DNA of 64,000 bases from Spirochaetia bacterium (GTDB lineage Bacteria; Spirochaetota; Spirochaetia; CADAEX01), in the NCBI GenBank assembly GCA_963662265.2, contig CAXXHA010000015.1:13653-77652 (forward strand), in the 5' to 3' direction. The position numbers were made by a program, and so were the translations under genes. Positions 1 through 9,888 of this stretch are shown one piece after another. How positions within the stretch are numbered: the stretch's first letter is position 1; every line of letters starts with the position of its first letter. The notes beneath the pieces are model-generated. The model was not told where the DNA came from, ran no database searches, and saw only the letters and a list, made by a program, of their open reading frames with translations.

Positions 1-907
1 GCTTCATCAGTCTTGCTGTACCATAATCGAGATAATTAATATGAACCGCATTCGGGAGGTAGAAATTAAGCTCTCTCCCCGACTCAACAACCATTTCAAG
101 GAACGGAACAAAAATCGAATCCTTTTTATACAGAAGAGCATCATCATAAAATGCGAAATTGTTCGTATTCCAGTCTCTGCAGTATTCCTCAAGCTGGCTG
201 TATGTATTTTCTGCTGTTCCTGGTCTGAAATCGGAAATAACCGATGATGCGCAGTATCTGCACTTAAGGGGACAACCTGTGTTCAGCCTTAAAACAGCTG
301 ATTCCTCCCACAGGGGAACAGAAAGAAGCTTTTCCACGGGAGGGGTAGAAGGAAAAGGAAGGGAGAGATTTCTGAAAATATCTTCAAGCTGATCAATACT
401 GTCGCCTGTAACAGTATAGTCTGCACCGCTTTTACCCCTGCAGTGCTGAGGAAGCAGAGTTGCGTAAATACCGCCTACAGCAACCGGAACATTGCCCCAG
501 ACTTTCCTGACTGCTGCTATAGCCTCAAAAACACCCTGGTACCAGTAGGTCATTGTTGATGTAACAAACACAATATCGGGTCTTCCGGCATCTCTTACCC
601 TGTTTTCAAGAGACTCAATCTTTATCCCGTATCTGGAGAAACCGCGTCCTGTATCACCCAAAGCAGCGGGAACTTTAACAGGCTGCCTCAGGAATTTACC
701 GGTACCATTCTTTCTCCTTGAAGGTTTTTTCATTGTCTCAAGAGAAAAGGGATCTTTCCAGTCAAGGGAATCGACAAAATCAACGTCCCATCCTGAGTCT
801 TCAAGCCATCTGCCTATCCTGAGAAGGCCGTAAGGCTTGAGAAAAAGGTCAAAAAGCGCAAAATCATAAATCGGCGGTGAAATCAGCAGGGCCCGGGGCT
901 TTTCCAT
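1..907 (-). CDS. B12-binding domain radical SAM protein (partial; runs off the left edge)
   Basis: Manual translation from ATG at 907 gives MEKPRALLISPPIYDFALFDLFLKPYGLLRIG...TSTMTYWYQG...VGGIYATL...TGCPLKCRYCAS (CxxxCxxC)...FAFYDDAL. Absent from the ORF track because the stop lies outside the window. Confidence 0.85.
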   Translation of the reverse strand, partial: MEKPRALLISPPIYDFALFDLFLKPYGLLRIGRWLEDSGWDVDFVDSLDWKDPFSLETMKKPSRRKNGTGKFLRQPVKVPAALGDTGRGFSRYGIKIESLENRVRDAGRPDIVFVTSTMTYWYQGVFEAIAAVRKVWGNVPVAVGGIYATLLPQHCRGKSGADYTVTGDSIDQLEDIFRNLSLPFPSTPPVEKLLSVPLWEESAVLRLNTGCPLKCRYCASSVISDFRPGTAENTYSQLEEYCRDWNTNNFAFYDDALLYKKDSIFVPFLEMVVESGRELNFYLPNAVHINYLDYGTARLMK

Positions 908-1096
908 AATCACCATAATAAACTTTTTTCCACTGTTGGGAAGTATTCTCTTCCAGAATTCAGAAAAAGAATTTACATTCCGATCCAGCCTGAGGCAGCC
1001 TTGACACGGTATTAAGCATTAATCAGAAGGTGAATAAGCGGATTATTTCTGCCGTAAATCATCAAAAAGTTTATTTATCTTACTTTTCAAATGGAC

Positions 1097-1125
1097 TGGA
1101 CATTAAAAAAAAATACTGTTATATT
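1097..1125 (+). promoter_or_regulatory. Putative sigma70 promoter of tRNA-Cys
   Basis: TGGACA-17 nt-TATATT directly upstream of the tRNA. Confidence 0.5.
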
Positions 1126-1136
1126 CTAACCATATT

Positions 1137-1208
1137 GGCGCCGTACCCAAGTGGTAAGGGAGTGGTCTGCAAAACCATGATGCACCGGTTCGAATCCGGT
1201 CGGCGCCT
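1137..1208 (+). tRNA. tRNA-Cys(GCA)
   Basis: Acceptor GGCGCCG/CGGCGCC, anticodon arm GTGGT-CTGCAAA-ACCAT, T-loop GGTTCGAATCC, U73; CCA not encoded. Confidence 0.96.
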
Positions 1209-1209
1209 A

Positions 1210-1240
1210 AAAGCTGCTCTTTTAACGGGCAGCTTTTTTT
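1210..1240 (+). terminator. Rho-independent terminator after tRNA-Cys
   Basis: AAAAGCTGCTC...GGGCAGC followed by a T run. Confidence 0.75.
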
Positions 1241-1442
1241 ATACCCGCTCGTCAAGAGCAGAATACTCCACAACTTCACAAAAAAATCACACAGCTTTTC
1301 TTCCCCGGCTCATGATTCAAGGCTGAAATTTCACACAGTTTTTCCGCTTGCATACTTGAGATTTTGCGCTTAAAATCACCTTATGCAGAAACCGGCATAA
1401 AAATACACACAATCAGCCGGACTCTGATTAAAGGAGTTAATT

Positions 1443-2048
1443 ATGAAAAAAGTATTATTATTAACAGCAGTCCTGTTATTTGTCTTTATTTTTTCAAACA
1501 GTTTTTGTGAAAAAAGCTATGAAATAGAAAAAGCAATTGTCAACTATAAAATGACAGGCATAATGTCAGGGACAATGGAACTGATCTTCGATAAGTATGG
1601 AGAGTATGTTTCCACAACAACAGAAAGCCCCGGAACACCGAAATCAACAATGATAATGACACCTGACAGCAGCTATATGATTAACTGGGAAGACAAGACT
1701 GCCATGGATATGGGAATGATGGGTGAAGGCATGATGGAAGATGAAGGCCCTGAATCTGATATCGATTTTGAAGATGAGGCAAAAAAAGTCGGAACAGAGA
1801 CAATTCTCGGGAAAAAAGCAACAGTATATCTTTACGAACCCGAAGAAGGCGGAAAAGCAAAATACTGGGTATGGAAAAATATAATGCTTAAAAGCGAATC
1901 CGAGATAAACGGAATGAAATCAACAATGGAAGCCACTTCACTGAAAACACCAGGCTCCATACCTTCAAAAACATTCAAAGTTCCCTCAAACATAAAAGTA
2001 CAGAAAATGCCTTCTTTTTCACTCCCTATACCGGGATTCGGAAACTGA
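1443..2048 (+). CDS. Exported protein, probably DUF4412/outer-membrane-sorting-like beta fold
   Basis: Signal peptide MKKVLLLTAVLL; G-x-E-T-I-L-G-K-K-A...YWVWK...F-x-V-P pattern; RBS AAGGAG. Confidence 0.6.
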   Translation: MKKVLLLTAVLLFVFIFSNSFCEKSYEIEKAIVNYKMTGIMSGTMELIFDKYGEYVSTTTESPGTPKSTMIMTPDSSYMINWEDKTAMDMGMMGEGMMEDEGPESDIDFEDEAKKVGTETILGKKATVYLYEPEEGGKAKYWVWKNIMLKSESEINGMKSTMEATSLKTPGSIPSKTFKVPSNIKVQKMPSFSLPIPGFGN

Positions 2049-2260
2049 TCAGCAACATTAAACAGACAGCTTATCCTGCAGGATAAACTGTCTGTGCATT
2101 TTTAAAACTCAAATCCTTCCAGTTCGAATAACAATAAATAAAAATCATATAAATACCTGCATATAACATTTAAACAATATTGAATTTCTTAAATATTAAT
2201 TTGATTATTTGGCAGACCAGTATTAGAATTTAAGGATGTTAAAAATATAAGGAGAGAAAT

Positions 2261-2698
2261 ATGAATGTTGGATTTTATCTGGAAAAAAAGAAAGGGAATG
2301 AAGTTTTTTCAATCAACCTGAACAAGACAGTGTCTGACGGTATAAAACAACTCAACGAAAAAAAAGTTGGAGCCCTCATAGTAACAGATGACAACGGCAG
2401 TATTCAGGGAATTATTTCAGAACGGGATATTCTCAGAAACGGCTGCAGCTGCGAGGGATCAGTAAAAAAGATTTCAGAGATCATGACACCGAAGTCTAAA
2501 CTTGTTACAGCAGATAAAGATGAAAATATTGCTGATATAATAAAAAAACTTGATGAAAATAAAATCAGGCATCTTCCGGTTATGGATGGTGAAAAGGTAA
2601 TAGGAGTTGTTTCAATTACAGATGTTTTAAATGAACTGAGACAGCTGGATCTTTTTGAAAATGAACAGCTGAAAAACTATATTCTCTCTCCATATTAA
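2261..2698 (+). CDS. Stand-alone CBS-pair protein (paralog 1)
   Basis: VGALIV...GIISERDIL and IRHLPVMD...GVVSITDV; RBS AAGGAG; 145 aa. Confidence 0.9.
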   Translation: MNVGFYLEKKKGNEVFSINLNKTVSDGIKQLNEKKVGALIVTDDNGSIQGIISERDILRNGCSCEGSVKKISEIMTPKSKLVTADKDENIADIIKKLDENKIRHLPVMDGEKVIGVVSITDVLNELRQLDLFENEQLKNYILSPY

Positions 2699-2739
2699 AA
2701 ATACAGCTGTAATACAACAATAAAACTGAATTCAAACCT

Positions 2740-2769
2740 AATGCCTTTCAAACTGAAAGGCATTTTTTT
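2740..2769. terminator. Terminator between the convergent CBS and NUDIX genes
   Basis: AATGCCTTTCA-AAC-TGAAAGGCATT followed by Ts. Confidence 0.7.
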
Positions 2770-2864
2770 ATCGATAGAAAATTATACTTCATATTCTGAT
2801 GACAGCTGTTTCAAGGACTTCTGCGTTCTCCGGGGATGGAACAACCAAACCCGATATAAATGCC

Positions 2865-3434
2865 TCAGCTGTTTGCTTCCATGTATCTTTCATACCATGT
2901 GTGGGCAACAATGCTTACTGCATTTATAAATTCACCTCTCCCAAGAAGGGCTCTAGCCTCTTCAACAGGAACAAGCACCGGATCAATAATTTCATGTTCA
3001 TCAAGGTCCTGTTTTTCTGAAAGAACAGGATTTACAGCAAGAAATGTATGGCAGTCATTATTCATGAAAGCGGGATCAGGATTTGCTTTTCCGAGAAAAA
3101 CAAACTCATCTGCCCGGTACCCGGTTTCCTCAAGAAGTTCCCTTTCTGCGGCAGCAGCAGGGTTTTCCCCCGGATCAACCAGCCCTGCAGGGAATTCCAT
3201 GGTTATGGATGAACTTCCATGCCTGAACTGCCTCACCATAAGAAAACAATCCCTGTTATTTTCATCTTTCGTTACTGCTATAACATTTACCCAGTCGGGC
3301 GAATCAAGCATTACAAAAGATCCTTTTTTACCGTCAGGTGAAATTCTGTCAACTTCAACTGCTTTAAAAATTCTGAAATCCCGGACATCTTTTCTGCCGG
3401 TTTCATACCATTCAAGGTCCTGATCATTCTTCAT
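2865..3434 (-). CDS. NUDIX hydrolase (ADP-ribose pyrophosphatase-like)
   Basis: VRQFRH...EFPAGLVDPGENPAAAAERELLEETGY Nudix box. Confidence 0.9.
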   Translation of the reverse strand: MKNDQDLEWYETGRKDVRDFRIFKAVEVDRISPDGKKGSFVMLDSPDWVNVIAVTKDENNRDCFLMVRQFRHGSSSITMEFPAGLVDPGENPAAAAERELLEETGYRADEFVFLGKANPDPAFMNNDCHTFLAVNPVLSEKQDLDEHEIIDPVLVPVEEARALLGRGEFINAVSIVAHTWYERYMEANS

Positions 3435-3631
3435 AAATTAATTATATCAGCATTAAATAGTTATTTCTATATCTTTTTAAGCTCTCTTAAAAATAGTTCA
3501 AACTTAATATTTTAGACATAAACAAGTATAAATTCAATACCAAAAATATTCGAAAAAATATTTTTTTATTGATTTATGGGTTATGCAGTATTAAAATAAA
3601 AAATGATTTTAATTTTAATAAGGAGATACAA

Positions 3632-4069
3632 ATGAACGTCGGCACTTATTTGGAAAAGAAAAAAGGTCATGAAGTTTATTCGATTAATCAAAATCAGACA
3701 ATCATTGAATGTGTTGATTTGCTTAATGAAAAAAAAGTCGGTTCACTGGTTGTTACTGATGACAGCGGTAACATACAGGGAATAGTATCTGAAAGGGATA
3801 TCTTAAGAAAAGGATTCTGCGATAAACCAGAAAAAAAGAAAGTCAGCGAAATCATGACAGGAAAGGAGAAACTGATTACAGCTCCAAAAGAAGCAAACAT
3901 AGCAGATGTCATGAAAAAACTTGACGAAAACAAAATAAGACACCTTCCGGTAATGAATGGTGATAAAGTTCTTGGAGTTGTTTCCATCACCGATGTCATT
4001 AACGAACTGAGAGCTATCAGAGTTTTTGAGAATGAACAGCTTAAAAACTACATTCTTTCTCCATATTAA
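3632..4069 (+). CDS. Stand-alone CBS-pair protein (paralog 2)
   Basis: Start reassigned to ATG 3632 after AAGGAG; 145 aa; colinear with 2261..2698, about 70% identical by manual alignment. Confidence 0.9.
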   Translation: MNVGTYLEKKKGHEVYSINQNQTIIECVDLLNEKKVGSLVVTDDSGNIQGIVSERDILRKGFCDKPEKKKVSEIMTGKEKLITAPKEANIADVMKKLDENKIRHLPVMNGDKVLGVVSITDVINELRAIRVFENEQLKNYILSPY

Positions 4070-4231
4070 ATAATATTCAGGAATACAATCCTGATTAAAT
4101 TATTTTTTTTTACATTTATATAATTATTTTTTTATTTTATTTAATTTTTAATTCATCTACAGCCTTACAAAAAACCTCAACAGAACATGATGTATATCAT
4201 GAGCAAATATTTTTTTAAAGGAGGTATTTTT

Positions 4232-4762
4232 GTGAATCAACTTAAGGCTTCTCACTTCAATGAGCAAAAATGCAGTGATATTATTACCAAGTACCGGGAA
4301 AAACCTGGTGATTTACTTACAATTCTGGAAGAAGTTCAGAAAATCACCCCTCACAGTTACCTGCCGGAAAAAACACTTCAGTACATAGCTGAAAACATGG
4401 ATGTGCCTCTGTCTAGAATCTATTCAGTAGTCACTTTTTATTCATTCTTCAACCTGAAACCTCAGGGCGACCATACAATTACAGTCTGCCGCGGAACAGC
4501 CTGTCATACAAGAGGATCAAAATCACTTCTTGACGATCTGCTGATTCAGCTTGATATAAGAGACCTGGAAGATGAAGGAGAAGTATCCTTCACAACATCA
4601 GATAACAAATTCACAGTAAGAACAGTTGCCTGCTTCGGTCAATGCGCCTTAGCTCCTGTTATAGCAATTGACGGAGTTATTTACAGTAATGTTACATCGG
4701 AAATGCTGTCTGAACTGCTGAAAAAACTGACAACAAAAAAGAAAAAAAAGCAGGAGAAATAG
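4232..4762 (+). CDS. hydC: [FeFe]-hydrogenase NuoE-like [2Fe-2S] subunit
   Basis: VCRGTAC...VACFGQCALAP; VVTFYSFF; GTG start after GGAGG. Confidence 0.9.
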   Translation: MNQLKASHFNEQKCSDIITKYREKPGDLLTILEEVQKITPHSYLPEKTLQYIAENMDVPLSRIYSVVTFYSFFNLKPQGDHTITVCRGTACHTRGSKSLLDDLLIQLDIRDLEDEGEVSFTTSDNKFTVRTVACFGQCALAPVIAIDGVIYSNVTSEMLSELLKKLTTKKKKKQEK

Positions 4763-7700
4763 ATGGCAGACACACCTCAGACTATTAGTAGTTTAATAAC
4801 AAAGGGTAAGGAACTGATACTTGATTCAAAACCCTATATAGCAGTTGGTATGGGAACCTGCGGAGTGGGAAACGGCGCAGATGTCCTGTATGAAACATTT
4901 GAAAAAAAGATAAAAGACAAAAAACTCAACATTGGCCTGAAGAAGACAGGATGTATGGGTTTGTGCGCAGAAGAACCTTTTGTAAATATCTTTGTACCCG
5001 GTAAACCTGTACTTGTTCTTAATAAAGTTGATAAAAAATCAGCAGGTAAAATCATTGATGCGATTGCAAAAGGGGGAGCACCGGAAAAACTTGCTCTCTG
5101 TAAAATATCAGAATGGGACCATATAACAGGCAAAATTGAATATGGTGAAGGTTATAATGCAGTTCCTGAATGGAATGAAATTTCATTCTTTAAAAACCAG
5201 ACAAAAATAATACTCAGGGATGCGGGAATTCTGAATCCTGAGTCTATTGAAGAATATGCAGCTGTCGGCGGGTATTCAGCTTATATCGATGCTATTACAG
5301 AAAAAACACCTGACAGCATTATTGAAGAAATCAAAGAATCAGGTCTCAGAGGCCGGGGCGGCGCAGGCTTCCCGACAGGCATCAAATGGGGACTGATGAA
5401 AAAAGAGAAAGGAGAGAAAAAATACATTATATGCAACGCCGATGAAGGAGACCCCGGTGCATATATGAACAGAAATGAAATTGAGAGTGATCCTCACATG
5501 CTTCTGGAAGGGATGATGATCGGAGCCTATGCAATGGAAGCAACTGACGGAATTATTTACTGCAGAGCTGAGTATCCGCTTGCTGTTGAAAGACTCAAGA
5601 AAGCTATAGCAGATGCAGAAGCAGCCGGCCTTCTCGGTAATAATATACTGGGAACAGGCTTTTCATTTAATATAACTATAGTAGAGGGTGCGGGAGCATT
5701 TGTTTGCGGCGAGGAAACAGCTCTTATATCTTCCACAGAAGGAAAAGCAGGCCGACCAAGGCAAAGGCCGCCTTTCCCAGCACAGTTCGGTGTTCACGGA
5801 TACCCGACAAATATCAATAACGTTGAAACCCTCTGCAATATTCCTGTAATTATTTCAAGGGGAAGTAAATGGTTCAGAAAAACCGGCACGGAAAAGAGTC
5901 CCGGTACAAAAGTTTTCTCTCTGGTCGGTAAAGTAAAAAACACAGGTCTTGTGGAAATGGCGCTTGGTTCCCCTATTACAACTATTGTCTATGAAATAGG
6001 CGGCGGTGCCAGCGGAGATGAAAAGAAAATAAAAGCAATCCAGACAGGAGGACCGTCAGGCGGATGTATACCTTCCAACCTGTTTGAAACAACTGTAGAT
6101 TATGAATCTCTTGCAAAGCTTGGTGCAATAATGGGATCAGGCGGTATGGTTGTAATGGACCAGGACAACTGTATGGTGGATGTTGCAAAGTATTTCCTTG
6201 AATTCACAAATTCGGAAAGCTGCGGAAAGTGTACACCATGCCGTGAAGGACTTGCACAGGAACTTCACCTCTTAAGGAAAATAACAAACGGACAGGGAGA
6301 TGAGAGTGACCTTGAAGCACTGGCGGATATAGGAAACACAGTCATGGACACAGCTCTCTGCGGACTGGGACAGACAGCGCCTAATCCAATCCTTACAACT
6401 CTTAAATATTTCAAAAATGAATATGAAGAACATATTCACAATCAGCACTGCCAGGGCGGTACATGCGAAGCTCTTTTTGATGCTCTGTGTTCAAATTCCT
6501 GTCCAATGCACATGAATATCCCGGCATACCTCACACTTCTCAAGGAAGACAGACTTGAGGAAGCTTTTGAATCAACACTCAGAGACAATCCCCTTCCGGG
6601 AACAATCGGAAGGATCTGCCACTTCCACTGCCAGATGAGGTGCAGAAGGGAGACTATTGACGAATCAGTACAGCAGGGTGAAATACACAGATACCTTGCA
6701 GATACAATGTATAAAATGGGAAGAGAGAAAGCGATATATCAGTCACTTATCGACGAAAAACTTCCCGATACCGGCAAGAAGATTGCAATAATCGGAGCCG
6801 GACCTGCAGGTCTTGCTGCAGCATTCTACCTTGTAAGACTGGGTCATAAAGTAACTATCTATGATTCACATTCTGCCGCTGGTGGAGTTCTTAAATACGG
6901 TATACCAGCATACAGACTGCCAAAGGAGATCCTTGAAAAAGAACTGGAACTCTTCAAAATGCTTGGAGTCAAATTCGTTTTCAATACTGTTTACGGAAAA
7001 GATATTACTAGCAAAAAAATACTCAATGATTACGATGCTCTTTTTGTTTCCATAGGTTCATATAACCATGTTGAAATGAATATAAACGGAAACGAGCTTA
7101 AAGGGGTAATTCAGGGGACTGACCTCCTTGAACAGCTTGAAGAAAAGAAAATGGTGCCGATGGGTAAAAAAGTTACAATAATCGGAGGCGGAAATGTTGC
7201 AATAGATGCGGCAAGGACACTCTGGAGAATAGGTGTGGATGTAACTGTTGTCTACAGACGTGAAAAAGAAGATATGCCTGCAAACAAGCTTGAAATCAAG
7301 GAAGCTATTGAGGAAGGGGTAAAATTCATGTTTATGGCAGCGCCGCTTAGAATTGTAGGCGACAGCAGAAATGAAGTTGAAGCTCTTGAAGTAATGCAGA
7401 TGGAAGGAGGCTCTTTCGATATATCAGGAAGAAGACGGCCAGTTGAAACCGGTAAATCCTTCATGATTCCATGTGATACTGTTGTAATAGCTATCGGAGA
7501 AAGAGCAGACGGAGGACTTCTTGAAAGGGAAGGAATTGTCACAAACAAAAACGGAACAGCATGTATCAATCCGTATACATTCCAGACAAGCAACCCCGCA
7601 GTTTACGCAGCTGGTGATGTGGTAACCGGTCCTTCAACTGCAGCTGAAGCAATGGGTATGGCAAAGGATGCTGCCGAATCAATCGACCTTGCATTGATGG

Positions 7701-7930
7701 GAGAAAAGAGATTCCACAAACTGATGAAGGAATTCGTCTTTGAGGACACACCTCCTGAAGATCTCACAGCAAAACCGAAAATTGCAGGCCGTCACCTGCC
7801 GGTTGAACAAAGAAAAGGAAATTTCCAGGAAATTAATTTCGGATTCATGGGAGACCAGGCAAGACAGGAGGCTATGAGGTGCCTCAGATGCGATATAAGA
7901 ATAGGCTGCAGCAAAGGAGGTGAAAAATGA
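4763..7930 (+). CDS. hydB: [FeFe]-hydrogenase NuoF-like flavin subunit fused to a C-terminal GltD/NfnB-like FAD/NADPH oxidoreductase
   Basis: SGLRGRGGAGFPTG, NADEGDPGAYMNR, GAFVCGEETAL, GGPSGG and SCGKCTPCREG, then CSNSCP...GRICHFHCQMRC, IGAGPAGL, GGGNVAIDAAR...VYRR, AAGDVVTGP and a terminal RCLRCD. Confidence 0.9.
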   Translation: MADTPQTISSLITKGKELILDSKPYIAVGMGTCGVGNGADVLYETFEKKIKDKKLNIGLKKTGCMGLCAEEPFVNIFVPGKPVLVLNKVDKKSAGKIIDAIAKGGAPEKLALCKISEWDHITGKIEYGEGYNAVPEWNEISFFKNQTKIILRDAGILNPESIEEYAAVGGYSAYIDAITEKTPDSIIEEIKESGLRGRGGAGFPTGIKWGLMKKEKGEKKYIICNADEGDPGAYMNRNEIESDPHMLLEGMMIGAYAMEATDGIIYCRAEYPLAVERLKKAIADAEAAGLLGNNILGTGFSFNITIVEGAGAFVCGEETALISSTEGKAGRPRQRPPFPAQFGVHGYPTNINNVETLCNIPVIISRGSKWFRKTGTEKSPGTKVFSLVGKVKNTGLVEMALGSPITTIVYEIGGGASGDEKKIKAIQTGGPSGGCIPSNLFETTVDYESLAKLGAIMGSGGMVVMDQDNCMVDVAKYFLEFTNSESCGKCTPCREGLAQELHLLRKITNGQGDESDLEALADIGNTVMDTALCGLGQTAPNPILTTLKYFKNEYEEHIHNQHCQGGTCEALFDALCSNSCPMHMNIPAYLTLLKEDRLEEAFESTLRDNPLPGTIGRICHFHCQMRCRRETIDESVQQGEIHRYLADTMYKMGREKAIYQSLIDEKLPDTGKKIAIIGAGPAGLAAAFYLVRLGHKVTIYDSHSAAGGVLKYGIPAYRLPKEILEKELELFKMLGVKFVFNTVYGKDITSKKILNDYDALFVSIGSYNHVEMNINGNELKGVIQGTDLLEQLEEKKMVPMGKKVTIIGGGNVAIDAARTLWRIGVDVTVVYRREKEDMPANKLEIKEAIEEGVKFMFMAAPLRIVGDSRNEVEALEVMQMEGGSFDISGRRRPVETGKSFMIPCDTVVIAIGERADGGLLEREGIVTNKNGTACINPYTFQTSNPAVYAAGDVVTGPSTAAEAMGMAKDAAESIDLALMGEKRFHKLMKEFVFEDTPPEDLTAKPKIAGRHLPVEQRKGNFQEINFGFMGDQARQEAMRCLRCDIRIGCSKGGEK

Positions 7931-9699
7931 GCACTGAAATGGTCAAAATAACGATAAATAACAATACCTATGAAGTAGCTGCCGGCACAACTATTCTTGA
8001 TGCCTGCAGAACTGCAGGAATTAAAGTACCTTCTCTGTGTTACATGGAAGATGTTGCCCATAATGCTTCATGCGGTATTTGCTGTGTTGAAGTAAAAGGA
8101 GCAAGAACTCTTGTAAGATCCTGTATACACAAGGTTTACGCAGGCATGGAAGTACTTACAAATTCAAAAAGAGCGCAGAAAGCAAGAAAGACAAACCTGG
8201 AACTGCTTCTCGCAAACCACCCGGATGACTGCCTTAACTGCGATAGAAACAACAACTGTGAACTTCAGTCACTTGCTTTTGACCTTGGGGTCAGAGAAAA
8301 TATCTACGCAAGAACAAAGAAGAAAATTCTGCCGCTTGATGTTTCTTCCCCATCCTTAATCAGGGATCCAAACAAATGTATACTCTGCAGAAGATGCGTG
8401 GATGTATGTGATCAGGTACAGGGTGTTAATGCAATCGACGTTACAGGAAGAGGACTAAACAGCAAAGTCACAACATTCATGGACAAGGGACTCGGCAATG
8501 TAGCATGCGTTAACTGCGGTCAGTGCGCAGTAGTATGTCCTACTGGAGCTATTGTTGAAAAATCATCAGTAGATGAAATCTGGGAAGATATTAACAACCC
8601 GGAAATAATAACACTTATTCAGACAGCACCTGCAATAAGGGTTGGAATAGGCGAAGCAATGGGAATGGGTTTCGGAGCCCTTGTTACGGGACAGATGGTT
8701 GCAGGATTAAGAAGACTGGGATTTGACAAAGTCTTTGATACACAGTTTACAGCCGACCTCACAATAATGGAGGAAGGGCATGAACTTATAAAGAGAGTTA
8801 CAGAAAAGGGGACCCTTCCGATGATAACATCCTGTTCACCGGGATGGATAAAATTCATTGAGCATTTTTATCCGGAACAGCTGCCGCATCTCTCAACCTG
8901 TAAATCACCTCAGCAGATGTTCGGTGCAGTTGCAAAGACATATTATGCGGAAAAAGCAGGAATTGATCCTGAAAAAATCAGGGTTGTATCTGTAATGCCG
9001 TGTACTGCAAAGAAATACGAAGCCGGAAGGCCGGAAATGTCATCGGCTCACACATACTGGAAGGAAAAAAAGAAACTTAAGGATAAAACAGTATTTGCAG
9101 ATGTAGACTATGCAATAACAACAAGAGAACTTGCAAGAATGTTCAAGGAGGCCGGTGTTGATTTTGCCTCCCTTCCGAATGAAGATTTTGACAATCCTCT
9201 GGGAGAATCAACAGGAGCAGCTGTAATCTTTGCTGCCACAGGAGGTGTTATGGAAGCAGCCTTAAGAACAGCTTACGAGGTGATATCCGGAAAAACCCTT
9301 GAAAATGTCGAGTTCCATGCTGTAAGAGGGATGGAAGGAATCAAGGAAGCTGAAGTTGATATTGACGGACTTGTAGTAAAAGTAGCTGTTGCCCACACAC
9401 TGAGCAATGCAAGAATACTTCTTGAGCAGATAAAGGATGGGACTTCACCTTATGCATTCATCGAAGTGATGGCCTGTCCGGGAGGATGTCTCGGAGGCGG
9501 CGGCCAGCCTATACCTACAACCTGGGAAATCAGGAAAAAACGTGCAGAATCAATATATCAGGAAGATATCAATCTGGGGACAAGGAAATCCCACGAAAAT
9601 CCTGATATTGCAATGATTTATGAAGAATTTCTCAAGGAACCGCTTGGACATCATTCACACCAGCTGCTTCACACCCATTATACAGAAAGGGTTCTATAA
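7927..9699 (+). CDS. hydA: [FeFe]-hydrogenase catalytic subunit (group A, M3 architecture)
   Basis: H-cluster motifs TSCSPGW, MPCTAKKYE and EVMACPGGCLGGGGQP; N-terminal [2Fe-2S], His-ligated HPDDCLNC and two CxxCxxCxxxC clusters. Confidence 0.95.
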   Translation: MSTEMVKITINNNTYEVAAGTTILDACRTAGIKVPSLCYMEDVAHNASCGICCVEVKGARTLVRSCIHKVYAGMEVLTNSKRAQKARKTNLELLLANHPDDCLNCDRNNNCELQSLAFDLGVRENIYARTKKKILPLDVSSPSLIRDPNKCILCRRCVDVCDQVQGVNAIDVTGRGLNSKVTTFMDKGLGNVACVNCGQCAVVCPTGAIVEKSSVDEIWEDINNPEIITLIQTAPAIRVGIGEAMGMGFGALVTGQMVAGLRRLGFDKVFDTQFTADLTIMEEGHELIKRVTEKGTLPMITSCSPGWIKFIEHFYPEQLPHLSTCKSPQQMFGAVAKTYYAEKAGIDPEKIRVVSVMPCTAKKYEAGRPEMSSAHTYWKEKKKLKDKTVFADVDYAITTRELARMFKEAGVDFASLPNEDFDNPLGESTGAAVIFAATGGVMEAALRTAYEVISGKTLENVEFHAVRGMEGIKEAEVDIDGLVVKVAVAHTLSNARILLEQIKDGTSPYAFIEVMACPGGCLGGGGQPIPTTWEIRKKRAESIYQEDINLGTRKSHENPDIAMIYEEFLKEPLGHHSHQLLHTHYTERVL

Positions 9700-9771
9700 T
9701 ATTCAGCATTATTATCTTTGAAACACCTGACTACTGTTCTGCAGTATTCAGATGAAATATTTAAAAGTTAT

Positions 9772-9803
9772 TGAACTGCCCCTTTCCAGGGGCAGTTCTT
9801 TTT
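9772..9803 (+). terminator. Terminator of the hyd operon
   Basis: GAACTGCCCCT-TTCC-AGGGGCAGTTC followed by Ts. Confidence 0.8.
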
Positions 9804-9888
9804 TGAAAAAACATATAAATGATGTGTGTTCTTAATAACATATTTTTATCTTTGTTAAATCATTAAATTAAATTATACTTAAGGCCAT

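Noticed and set aside
1030-1326. 98-aa ORF
   Set aside because: Spans tRNA-Cys, its promoter and terminator; shadow ORF.
2860-3423. 187-aa plus-strand ORF
   Set aside because: Antisense to the NUDIX gene; Ser-rich shadow with no motif.
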